DNA of 64,000 nucleotides, from IMG/VR virus record IMGVR_UViG_3300005647_000006; one strand, written 5' to 3'. The translations under genes were made by a program, and so were the position numbers. The notes below the pieces were generated by a model, which saw only the letters and a list, made by a program, of their open reading frames with translations, did not search any database and had not been told where the DNA came from. Source of the stretch: a virus. Below, one piece after another: positions 55,720 to 63,821 of the stretch; position 1 is the stretch's first letter, and each line of letters opens with the position of its first letter.

Positions 55720-56580
55720 TCAATAGCAACACGAGCATCCATAAGAGCAGTCCCTATTAATGTAGTTATCTTCTCGTTCCTTTTTTACTTCTTTACTCAA
55801 TTCATATGGCTTAAAATTAATTAATTTCAATTTCGTTAATTCACAAGGAAAATTCGGACCATATTCTTGAGCATCAACTATCTCTGCCTGTTTTTGTGTT
55901 GGCAACCATCGCATTTCCAAACTATAATCCCTAAGACCCGGCTCTCTATTATAATGCGGAATGCTTTGAATTTCAGGATACTCTTTTGAGTGATTCTGAA
56001 ATTCTTTATCTGGATCAAAAGAAAATATTACGTTTTCTTTATCTCTAAATGCATCAACAACCGCTTTTAAATCGTAGCCACTATCGTCAAGCATGGATAT
56101 TGTTCTCCATGTAGGAACGATTGTACCATGAATATCTCGAATAGAATGATCATATCCATCCAGTATAAACAATTCATCAATTCTTTCACTAAAAGCTACA
56201 TCAAAAATATATTCTTCGTTTGTAACTTTTTCTTTTTTCAAAACCTTTTCATTATTTTGAATAATTTCAGTGAATGCGTGAACCGTTGGATCTTGAATTG
56301 CTTCTAATGAAGTGACAACAACACCCCAATAGTGATCAGTGGGAGATTTGAGTTCTTTTAATTCTGTCAACAAATCAATCATAGGACGTTTGTTTTTTAA
56401 TGCTGTTTTTAATTTTGCATCCCATCGAGTACCATCGACAATATGATAAGTTATCACAGGCTTTCGTTTGTTGACTACTGTTGTGAGCATTACAGACACT
56501 GCTACTTCAGACAATCGAATCCAATCGATAGTCTCTGTATGAGTTTCTTTTATTTCTCTTTTTTGTATTGTTGTTTCCAT
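55720..56580 (-). CDS. hypothetical protein
   Basis: 286 aa; Cys-rich C-terminus. Confidence 0.7.
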   Translation of the reverse strand: METTIQKREIKETHTETIDWIRLSEVAVSVMLTTVVNKRKPVITYHIVDGTRWDAKLKTALKNKRPMIDLLTELKELKSPTDHYWGVVVTSLEAIQDPTVHAFTEIIQNNEKVLKKEKVTNEEYIFDVAFSERIDELFILDGYDHSIRDIHGTIVPTWRTISMLDDSGYDLKAVVDAFRDKENVIFSFDPDKEFQNHSKEYPEIQSIPHYNREPGLRDYSLEMRWLPTQKQAEIVDAQEYGPNFPCELTKLKLINFKPYELSKEVKKEREDNYINRDCSYGCSCCY

Positions 56581-56777
56581 CGTTTTTCCCGTATATATTC
56601 AAATGTGTCAGAAATCTTCATACCTATATAGGCAATTATAAACCCAAATGCTCCCATCAAAGATATTACTAAACAGCACCATAAGTAAATGACAATGCAC
56701 CATTTAAAAAAGCCACCTATGGCGAAAAATATCATGTTTATAAATGATAGAATCATTATTAATATTTCCATTATCAC
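56550..56777 (-). CDS. small membrane protein
   Basis: two hydrophobic segments. Confidence 0.6.
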   Translation of the reverse strand: MIMEILIMILSFINMIFFAIGGFFKWCIVIYLWCCLVISLMGAFGFIIAYIGMKISDTFEYIREKRWKQQYKKEK

Positions 56778-56821
56778 ACCTATATTAAATTAATTTAATC
56801 CGAATTAATGAGACACAGTTC

Positions 56822-57232
56822 TCATAAAATAATAAGATCATCTACTGAATTTTGTGCAGTTTGATTTAGTTCTTTCACTGCATCTTCTTTTACTGGGTGT
56901 ACCTTCACATAAGGCCCATTAGAGCTGGATTCAGGAAACATGATATCAATGCCTTTATTTTTATACGTAGCTTTCCATAACCAACCATATTCATCTGTTA
57001 TTTTAATACCAAGATTTTCTTTGAGTAAGGTTGCTAATAAACCTATGTCGATGTGAGGCTTTTGACGTATCCTGTAGAACATTATATCAACATCCTTACG
57101 TCTGCCCTTCTTGTAGAGAGTTCCACCTGTGAGCGCAACGTGACAATCTGCCAGAGGGCAAAACCGATTTATTTTAGTCACAAGCTCAATAGCTTCGTCT
57201 AAAGTCCAGAAATCAGATTCATTCTGTGGCAT
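56822..57232 (-). CDS. minimal nucleotidyltransferase-fold protein
   Basis: HVALTGGTL...KDVDIMFY (G-G-T..DxD). Confidence 0.65.
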   Translation of the reverse strand: MPQNESDFWTLDEAIELVTKINRFCPLADCHVALTGGTLYKKGRRKDVDIMFYRIRQKPHIDIGLLATLLKENLGIKITDEYGWLWKATYKNKGIDIMFPESSSNGPYVKVHPVKEDAVKELNQTAQNSVDDLIIL

Positions 57233-57464
57233 TAGTTAATTCTAGTTCTTCAGTTGAATCAGTTGAATCAGTTGAATCAGTTGAATCAGTATTTGCATTA
57301 AATCCAATCGACATTGAAATTACAAATATGATTACACAAAAAACAACGTTTGATATTTTCGTCATTGATGTGATTGACTGGTTTGATGGATTGAAACTAG
57401 AAAACAAATAATTAAATAACATCATTACACAGCAAATTATTAATAATCCAAACAGTGATTCCAT
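57219..57464 (-). CDS. small two-TM protein with (TDS)4 tail
   Basis: hydrophobic segments plus VNTR. Confidence 0.6.
   Translation of the reverse strand: MESLFGLLIICCVMMLFNYLFSSFNPSNQSITSMTKISNVVFCVIIFVISMSIGFNANTDSTDSTDSTDSTEELELTNATE
57251..57290. repeat. 9-nt in-frame tandem repeat
   Basis: (CAGTTGAAT)x4 plus CAGT. Confidence 0.9.
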
Positions 57465-57520
57465 TACATTTCTCTTTTTTAATATATTAATGTGTTATTA
57501 TACCATAAAAGGAGATAATC

Positions 57521-57910
57521 GTGGAAGAATACACGTTCACAAAAAAAGACTTTAAAATTGATTGGTTTTCTGGTACTGGCAAAGGTGGTCAGAAAAAGAA
57601 CAAATCAAAATCATATTGTCGCATAACTCATATAGAAACTGGGCTGGTGGCTCAAGGTATGGATCATCGTGAACCGTCCAAAAACCAACACGACGCTTTT
57701 ACTAAACTTGCCAAAATGATTGTTGATCATTATAAAGTCGAGCATATTAAAGAGCTTAACTTAGAAACAATTAGAACCTATCATGCTGTTAGAAACGAAG
57801 TTCGTGATAAGGCATCTGATCATAGACAGGAATTTAAAGATGTTCTGGAAGATCCAGATGAAATGATCAAAGCACGTAAACGAGCTATTGATCTTCCTGA
57901 TAAGGATTAA
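57521..57910 (+). CDS. class I release-factor (RF-1) GGQ domain protein, ArfB/PrfH-like
   Basis: SGTGKGGQKKNKSKSYCRITHIETGL...NQHDAF..L; IRTY. Confidence 0.8.
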   Translation: MEEYTFTKKDFKIDWFSGTGKGGQKKNKSKSYCRITHIETGLVAQGMDHREPSKNQHDAFTKLAKMIVDHYKVEHIKELNLETIRTYHAVRNEVRDKASDHRQEFKDVLEDPDEMIKARKRAIDLPDKD

Positions 57911-58137
57911 ATATTATCCAAAGGAAATAAAAATATATGTTGTTTAAATCTTAAATTATTATCATACTTATCTACTATCGTTTCAGATTCATCAGCATTA
58001 ACCTTTACTAACTTAGCAGAGTCATTTAATTTTATTCTAGCATTAAAACATTCTCTCGCACTAACGTAGTCAGTATAATCCCAGCAAGTAGCATCATTAT
58101 AAACAACATAATATATTGGGCTTCTATTCGTTATCAT
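57907..58137 (-). CDS. family A small paralog
   Basis: ends FPLDNI. Confidence 0.65.
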   Translation of the reverse strand: MITNRSPIYYVVYNDATCWDYTDYVSARECFNARIKLNDSAKLVKVNADESETIVDKYDNNLRFKQHIFLFPLDNI

Positions 58138-58834
58138 CTACATAGTCCGAATTATCTTCAACTGATTCCATGTTCCGCAATTCGTCGCGACTATACATCT
58201 TCCAGTTATAATAAAGTCGATCATTGTGTGCATTACCTGCAAGGTTAAACTTATGATGCGAACCAGAGATTTTAATAAAATGTCGCATACCAGCATAATC
58301 ACTTAATGGAACGCGGTGAATATGTTGCTCATCGATTCTAATTAAATTATCGACTCCATATTGTTTTATATTTTTGTGGTGTACTTGTTCATCAAACTGT
58401 TTTAGTGACACTGAATGATCTGATGATAAATCAGTAAATTTTTGAATGGCAAATTCTGTTGGTGTTTGGTTCATCCAAATATAATTAACATCGGTTGTGC
58501 CATAGCCATCGGAGTGCCAGCCGGGTCGGTTTGCCATGTTGTCTGGAGTAACATGAATATTTTTTGATGTTATATACCAATAAGGAAAATCGTTATGCAT
58601 GTTTAACTTCTCATATATCATAGCAGTTACTATCATATTACCAAGAACTTCTAAATGTTGTGGTAGCCTACGTTGAATTTCTTCGACTATAGGCGACCTT
58701 ATAATCATATTTTCTAATTTAATTGGGCGTTCTGGTATAACCACAGGCATGTATAAGATAAAATGCATTTCATCATCTTTGATAGGCATGTTACCAACAA
58801 CGATTGGCTCAATTCCGTATTTTACTTCTGACAT
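58124..58834 (-). CDS. 2OG-Fe(II) oxygenase-like protein
   Basis: RPGWHSDG (HxD), HIHR, RHFIK. Confidence 0.65.
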   Translation of the reverse strand: MSEVKYGIEPIVVGNMPIKDDEMHFILYMPVVIPERPIKLENMIIRSPIVEEIQRRLPQHLEVLGNMIVTAMIYEKLNMHNDFPYWYITSKNIHVTPDNMANRPGWHSDGYGTTDVNYIWMNQTPTEFAIQKFTDLSSDHSVSLKQFDEQVHHKNIKQYGVDNLIRIDEQHIHRVPLSDYAGMRHFIKISGSHHKFNLAGNAHNDRLYYNWKMYSRDELRNMESVEDNSDYVDDNE

Positions 58835-58850
58835 TTTTAAATCTCTACTG

Positions 58851-59231
58851 TTATATTGATTTCAATTTTTCTACGATTGGATCTATTTCAGCACTCATTA
58901 TCATACCACCACACTTATCTACTTTAGATATCATCTTTGAGGTTACTATTTGTTGATTATTATGTGGAGATATATAAGTGATTGAATTACCAAATGAGTT
59001 TTCGAATAGATCAACTATTTCTCCCTCACCATCTAATCCAACTTCACGCATTGTATAGATATAATCACCTATTTGTAAATCATTAAAATCAAAAGTTTCT
59101 TCTTCTATTTTTAATATTACTTTTAATCTTCTAATGTATTTACCATCAAATAATTCTGGTAGGTTTTTGTACATTACTGCACACCATACCAAGAAAAGAA
59201 CTAAAGAAGATATGTCACCAAGCGTTAGCAT
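58851..59231 (-). CDS. family D TM + SH3-like paralog
   Basis: TM, IGDYI..GEGEI; ends VEKLKSI. Confidence 0.7.
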   Translation of the reverse strand: MLTLGDISSLVLFLVWCAVMYKNLPELFDGKYIRRLKVILKIEEETFDFNDLQIGDYIYTMREVGLDGEGEIVDLFENSFGNSITYISPHNNQQIVTSKMISKVDKCGGMIMSAEIDPIVEKLKSI

Positions 59232-59605
59232 TATATTCTATCCATTGTCTTGCCCATTTCTTGACATTGCGTATTAAACATTTCTTTCTTTGGCACTACT
59301 CTAGCAATGTTTTCTATAGATCTTCTTACTGATGTTTTATGTAAAGATGACTGGAAATCAACCATATATTTGTGTACTTTTAATATCGTACCTTCATCAC
59401 CGAATATATTAGGAGAGTCACCAAAACAAACAAAATCACCCACTTGTAAATTACAAATATTTGGAGCTTTTAGATTAAAAAACCTATGTATTCTATTTTT
59501 TAATTTTATGTTTATTGATAGTACCACGAATGAAACGATAAGAAATAAACACGCAATTATTGCAATTAAAAACCACCATAAGGGATTTGTTGGATCAGAG
59601 TACAT
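59231..59605 (-). CDS. family D TM + SH3-like paralog
   Basis: VGDFV..GDEGTI; ends GKTMDRI. Confidence 0.7.
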   Translation of the reverse strand: MYSDPTNPLWWFLIAIIACLFLIVSFVVLSINIKLKNRIHRFFNLKAPNICNLQVGDFVCFGDSPNIFGDEGTILKVHKYMVDFQSSLHKTSVRRSIENIARVVPKKEMFNTQCQEMGKTMDRI

Positions 59606-59945
59606 TTAATTTCTCCACAGTATTTTCCAGAAATTCTAAATCTGGTTTTTCTATCTTTATTATGTCATTACGATTTATTATCGTATCGTATAATGGATTT
59701 TCTAAAGCTAAACCATGCGTTAATCTAATTTCAACAGTATATTTGTTGAGTTTAGTAACAACACCAGATACATCAAAATAAAATTTATCGTGACCTCGAA
59801 CAAAATCGCCCAATTCTGGATTGCGTAATTTGTTCCTTGCTTTTCTATTCTCCCAAAACGTATGAACCAATAAGTAAACATAAAATATCATCACTGATAT
59901 ACCGCCGATAGATAATACCAATGCAAAAAAATCTGCTAAATTCAT
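59595..59945 (-). CDS. family D TM + SH3-like paralog
   Basis: LGDFV..SGVV; ends VEKLNVL. Confidence 0.7.
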   Translation of the reverse strand: MNLADFFALVLSIGGISVMIFYVYLLVHTFWENRKARNKLRNPELGDFVRGHDKFYFDVSGVVTKLNKYTVEIRLTHGLALENPLYDTIINRNDIIKIEKPDLEFLENTVEKLNVL

Positions 59946-60271
59946 AGCACATCCAATGAACCTAAACAATCTTCAAGTTTTTCAAGATTTGGTTTTAATA
60001 CAGATTGAACATTGCTTTTATGCACTGTTCTATACTTGCCAATTTCACCACCAACCTTGATTACAATGTAATTGTTTTCGAGTTCTTTATTCATAATACC
60101 ATGATAAATGTCATCTGATTTTGCTACTATAATCACACCGTCGCCTGCCACTGGATGGTGTCTAATATTCCCACCATCTGAAATTATCTTCATTATTTTA
60201 ACAAAATAATAAAAACCATACGCAGCAACAGATATAAGAAATATCGTTATGAACATACCTTCAGTGAACAT
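59942..60271 (-). CDS. family D TM + SH3-like paralog
   Basis: AGDGV..YHGI; ends LGSLDVL. Confidence 0.7.
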   Translation of the reverse strand: MFTEGMFITIFLISVAAYGFYYFVKIMKIISDGGNIRHHPVAGDGVIIVAKSDDIYHGIMNKELENNYIVIKVGGEIGKYRTVHKSNVQSVLKPNLEKLEDCLGSLDVL

Positions 60272-60575
60272 TATCTTTCTCCAAACTTTTCCATACTTCT
60301 TCTAGGGAAGTCTTACTAGGCTTTAGTAAAAATATAATGTTAGTTTTCTTAACAAACGTTATATCCTTTGAGCTACCACTATTATTAACTTTGATTACGA
60401 TATAATCAGAATTATAATCTAATATAATTACTCCATAAATAATTTCATCAAGCTTTTTAGCTTCAACGGCATCGCCAATTGAAGGGAAAACTTTTTGTTG
60501 TGGATCTGCAATATATCCCCACAACTTAACTATAAAATGAATCAATACTTGAGCTGCTATATATAGTACGATCAT
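60261..60575 (-). CDS. family D TM + SH3-like paralog
   Basis: IGDAV..YGVI; ends WKSLEKDNVH. Confidence 0.7.
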   Translation of the reverse strand: MIVLYIAAQVLIHFIVKLWGYIADPQQKVFPSIGDAVEAKKLDEIIYGVIILDYNSDYIVIKVNNSGSSKDITFVKKTNIIFLLKPSKTSLEEVWKSLEKDNVH

Positions 60576-60594
60576 AAAACTATCGTACTTACGT

Positions 60595-60936
60595 TCATAG
60601 CTTTTCCATTTTACTTATTGCTTTATAAATTCCTTTAGGATCAAAATGAGTAATCGATATAATATCTTTAACATTCACTAATTGTGGTGAATAATCTTGA
60701 TTAAGTGGATCCACTAGAATATTCGGAAAATAATTTCCTGTTATCTCAGCAGTAAGAATTTTATCCCCCATTTTATATGTAATAAAATCACCACTTCTAA
60801 ATTTTTGCCTACCATCTATTGTTGTAGCAATCTGCTCATTAACTTTACTATTAAAATCTCGCAATTTAATAAAAACATAAAGTCCAACCGAACATATTAC
60901 TACGACTATTAAAAAATCGGATGAAAACCCAAACAT
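60595..60936 (-). CDS. family D TM + SH3-like paralog
   Basis: SGDFI..AEI; ends ISKMEKL. Confidence 0.7.
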   Translation of the reverse strand: MFGFSSDFLIVVVICSVGLYVFIKLRDFNSKVNEQIATTIDGRQKFRSGDFITYKMGDKILTAEITGNYFPNILVDPLNQDYSPQLVNVKDIISITHFDPKGIYKAISKMEKL

Positions 60937-61289
60937 TATATTTTCTCCAATTCTTTCACTACTAATAAAATATTAGTGTTATCAAATTTTGTAAACGAAA
61001 GAATGTCATCAATTCGTATTGTTTGATTGCACAATGCTTTATTATGTGGTCTTATTAATACGTAGAACTGCATAACTTCTACTATGGTGCCATTTAACGC
61101 GCCATATTTCTCTGAGTAAAAAGAAACTGTGTTACCGACGCCAAGCCACGTTTTTAAGTTGCGCACTTTTAATCGCAATATAATATCTTTAATAAGCCAT
61201 ACGAGCACACTTGCGACTTTAATCAATCCAATAAGTGTTATACCAACCAACACTCCGATAGCCATAAAATTAAATATCATAAAGTCCAT
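60936..61289 (-). CDS. family D TM + SH3-like paralog
   Basis: VGNTV..NGTI; ends VKELEKI. Confidence 0.7.
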   Translation of the reverse strand: MDFMIFNFMAIGVLVGITLIGLIKVASVLVWLIKDIILRLKVRNLKTWLGVGNTVSFYSEKYGALNGTIVEVMQFYVLIRPHNKALCNQTIRIDDILSFTKFDNTNILLVVKELEKI

Positions 61290-61331
61290 CCATGAATTTA
61301 ATATCTACTTTTTTTAGTTTTAATATGGGCA

Positions 61332-61514
61332 TCATAAAGAGAATACCATCCACAAAATCCAACCTACCAGCATTGGGACGCCTATAGCCCAGATAATAGC
61401 TATTATTATGCAGGTATTAACATACCATCTAGGAGCTTTGTGAGCGCCAGCCTGCATGATCGTAGCCATTAAGACGCCGAAGTATAAGTAGAATGGTGCT
61501 AGTAGAATATTCAT
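61332..61514 (-). CDS. small two-TM protein
   Basis: hydrophobic; TATAAT 6 nt before ATG. Confidence 0.6.
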   Translation of the reverse strand: MNILLAPFYLYFGVLMATIMQAGAHKAPRWYVNTCIIIAIIWAIGVPMLVGWILWMVFSL

Positions 61515-61574
61515 CTACTGATTATAGCAAAAATTTAATTGTTTGACTAATTTAAAAAGTGTGGTGACGGACAC

Positions 61575-61601
61575 AAAAAAGGGAGAATAAATTCTCCCTT
61601 T
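61575..61601 (-). terminator. intrinsic terminator
   Basis: AAGGGAGAAT/ATTCTCCCTT stem plus U-tract. Confidence 0.7.
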
Positions 61602-61633
61602 GATATATCGAGTATTTAAAATTAATTACTTAC

Positions 61634-61792
61634 TTAGAAGTGCAGTGCCACCCCGCCAGAGGCGAAGATCAAAACAATCAAAACAACTAAAACAATAATT
61701 GATGTGTTTCGTGGCATTGGTCGAAATGGACGAACCATATTAAAAACAACTGCCATAAGCAGAAGCATGAGTAAAAGTGGTATTAGTGACAT
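61634..61792 (-). CDS. small two-TM protein
   Basis: trimmed to MSLIPLL after GAGGA RBS. Confidence 0.6.
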   Translation of the reverse strand: MSLIPLLLMLLLMAVVFNMVRPFRPMPRNTSIIVLVVLIVLIFASGGVALHF

Positions 61793-61957
61793 AGTAATTT
61801 CCTCGTGGTTAATGTCGTTAAAATTCACCGTTCTGTGGGTTGGGACATGCACCCAACATATACGGAGTTGAAGCCGTATGTTCTATCTGTTGAACTACAG
61901 AGTCAGTGATATTTTAATCATTCTACCATATTTATTTAAAAATCAGTAAATTAATTA

Positions 61958-62200
61958 TTATAAATTTTTCAATCTTGTACACGTACTGTACATCGTCTTT
62001 TTTATTATATGCTTAACAGCCCCATCATATGCTTGTGAGGCTGAACCATATGAATTAAACGATTCGATAACTTCACCATTTAATTTATATCTAAATGAAT
62101 ATCTTAATACACCTGTACCGAGAAATACACTTAAATCATATTTATCCACAAAATGAAACTGAATTTTTTTATTATTTTTATTTGGAGAGCCTTGAATCAT
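61958..62200 (-). CDS. small protein with shared tail
   Basis: paralog of 62197; ends CTRLKNL. Confidence 0.65.
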   Translation of the reverse strand: MIQGSPNKNNKKIQFHFVDKYDLSVFLGTGVLRYSFRYKLNGEVIESFNSYGSASQAYDGAVKHIIKKTMYSTCTRLKNL

Positions 62201-62412
62201 AATTCCACCATTCCTTCTATTACATTTAACATTTCAATATCAACAATAAACCTAATAGCTGCTCGATAAGCATCTCCTGATTCACGATACTTAATTTGTG
62301 TTCTCATTGTATACCCATCAACTACATATGTATAACCAAAAGTACCATCTTCCAAGCCATGAACGCATAAATTATATTTGTCCATGTAATAATCTAGATA
62401 ATCTACGTTCAT
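62197..62412 (-). CDS. small protein with shared tail
   Basis: ends IEGMVEL. Confidence 0.65.
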   Translation of the reverse strand: MNVDYLDYYMDKYNLCVHGLEDGTFGYTYVVDGYTMRTQIKYRESGDAYRAAIRFIVDIEMLNVIEGMVEL

Positions 62413-62456
62413 AATTTTATGACCTTACTATCATATTCCGGCTTATGATCTTCATA

Positions 62457-62714
62457 TCATAATTTATCCAATTTCATACAATCACGTTTGATTTTTTTAT
62501 GCGTGTCGGATTCCGTATCCAAACAATAATCAATCAATATTCTGGTACTAGCGTTGTTTGGATTGCCCTCGAAAATAGCAGCAAAATAAAAACCTCTATT
62601 AATCGCATTATTATAATATTTTCTAGCATCATCTATTTTATCTTTGTAATTTAGTGATCTTGATTCACCATGCTTCAACACTCTATACATCAACCAATAA
62701 TCTTTAGTAATCAT
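62457..62714 (-). CDS. family A small paralog
   Basis: ends CMKLDKL. Confidence 0.7.
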   Translation of the reverse strand: MITKDYWLMYRVLKHGESRSLNYKDKIDDARKYYNNAINRGFYFAAIFEGNPNNASTRILIDYCLDTESDTHKKIKRDCMKLDKL

Positions 62715-62932
62715 ATTGCATCCAGCGCATTGCAAGTTACTTGATATTTTGTTCTGTACTTTTTAAGTAGAAATTTATGGCCCACAAAGTCAACTCCATA
62801 TAGTTCAATTTCCACTACATTACTTTCTTCAATTAACGTATCGAACATGTCAAACGCTGCTTTTTTTGATGAATATTTTCCAGTACCACTAGCTACTGAT
62901 CCTGAATAATGTGTATCGATTTCATATCTCAT
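62711..62932 (-). CDS. family A small paralog
   Basis: ends CNALDAI. Confidence 0.7.
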   Translation of the reverse strand: MRYEIDTHYSGSVASGTGKYSSKKAAFDMFDTLIEESNVVEIELYGVDFVGHKFLLKKYRTKYQVTCNALDAI

Positions 62933-63150
62933 ATAAAATCTAACTCTTTACATACGTTATCAAATGATTTTAAATACTTTCTGACTAAATCTTCCTCACC
63001 AGAAAAGCTGACAAAAAACATTTCAATATGCGTGAGCATATTATGATCAATTAATTTATAGTAATATACATCGGTCAATTCTTTAGTATCAAATTTTGCA
63101 TAATCCCATAAAAGACCTACAACAGTATATGCACTGATTGTATATCTCAT
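62929..63150 (-). CDS. family A small paralog
   Basis: ends CKELDFI. Confidence 0.7.
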   Translation of the reverse strand: MRYTISAYTVVGLLWDYAKFDTKELTDVYYYKLIDHNMLTHIEMFFVSFSGEEDLVRKYLKSFDNVCKELDFI

Positions 63151-63401
63151 TAGATTTTATCCAATTCACTACAATCAAGCTGAATCTTAAATCCAATTCT
63201 TCGTGAATATGAATCAATCATTGTATCACCTGAAGTTTTTGTACATTTAATCAAATCTATATGTAAAATAGATGGTTCATCTTTATACATTTCAACCGTT
63301 TCTTTAAATTCAATCTTAGCAAATTTGAGTGAAGTGCTAGTGAATATGTCAGGCACCGCCCAATCTCGCTCACCAGAATAAATTAATACGTTATAGTGCA
63401 T
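63150..63401 (-). CDS. family A small paralog
   Basis: ends CSELDKI. Confidence 0.7.
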   Translation of the reverse strand: MHYNVLIYSGERDWAVPDIFTSTSLKFAKIEFKETVEMYKDEPSILHIDLIKCTKTSGDTMIDSYSRRIGFKIQLDCSELDKI

Positions 63402-63500
63402 TCATGTGAGTATATCACACGGTCAATCAAAAATTAATTTTGCGAATAAAAGTGTGAACCGGGCCGCATTTAATAGTTCACTACTAAAGTATCATAAGGT

Positions 63501-63821
63501 ATGAAAAATAAAGAACCAGACATTCGCTGCAAAAAAGTTGTGTTCAAGGTCAAGATACGATCTAAAGAAGATAAAAGAGCGGGTGTGAAAACAGAGAGAT
63601 ATTATTGGTCCAATGGTGATTGGAGCAGTCATGCCGATGAAGCAGAATTATTTTTATCTAAAAGTACAGCAAAAGAAGTAATGAGAAAAATTCGGTGGGT
63701 TGAAGACGGAGAAAATGAAGCCAATGGTTTCGCATATAATGTAATTAAAACAAGCGCTTTGCGTGAATTTAGAATATCATATGTGATGAATCCGAAAATG
63801 CATGAATTGGAAATCATATGA
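63501..63821 (+). CDS. hypothetical protein with shared tail
   Basis: ends MHELEII. Confidence 0.65.
   Translation: MKNKEPDIRCKKVVFKVKIRSKEDKRAGVKTERYYWSNGDWSSHADEAELFLSKSTAKEVMRKIRWVEDGENEANGFAYNVIKTSALREFRISYVMNPKMHELEII

Noticed and set aside
15513-63401. Diversity-generating retroelement origin of family A
   Set aside because: No reverse transcriptase in the window and no near-identical TR/VR pair differing only at adenines
19888-63401. Integron-like cassette array
   Set aside because: Genes overlap by ATGA with no room for attC sites; no integrase seen
1986-63817. Many antisense or overlapping track ORFs (e.g. 1986, 2326, 5251, 9395, 9481, 11432, 17027, 22352, 25949, 34629, 47785, 51882, 59307)
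   Set aside because: They are shadows of better-supported genes on the other strand or frame and lack RBS or motifs
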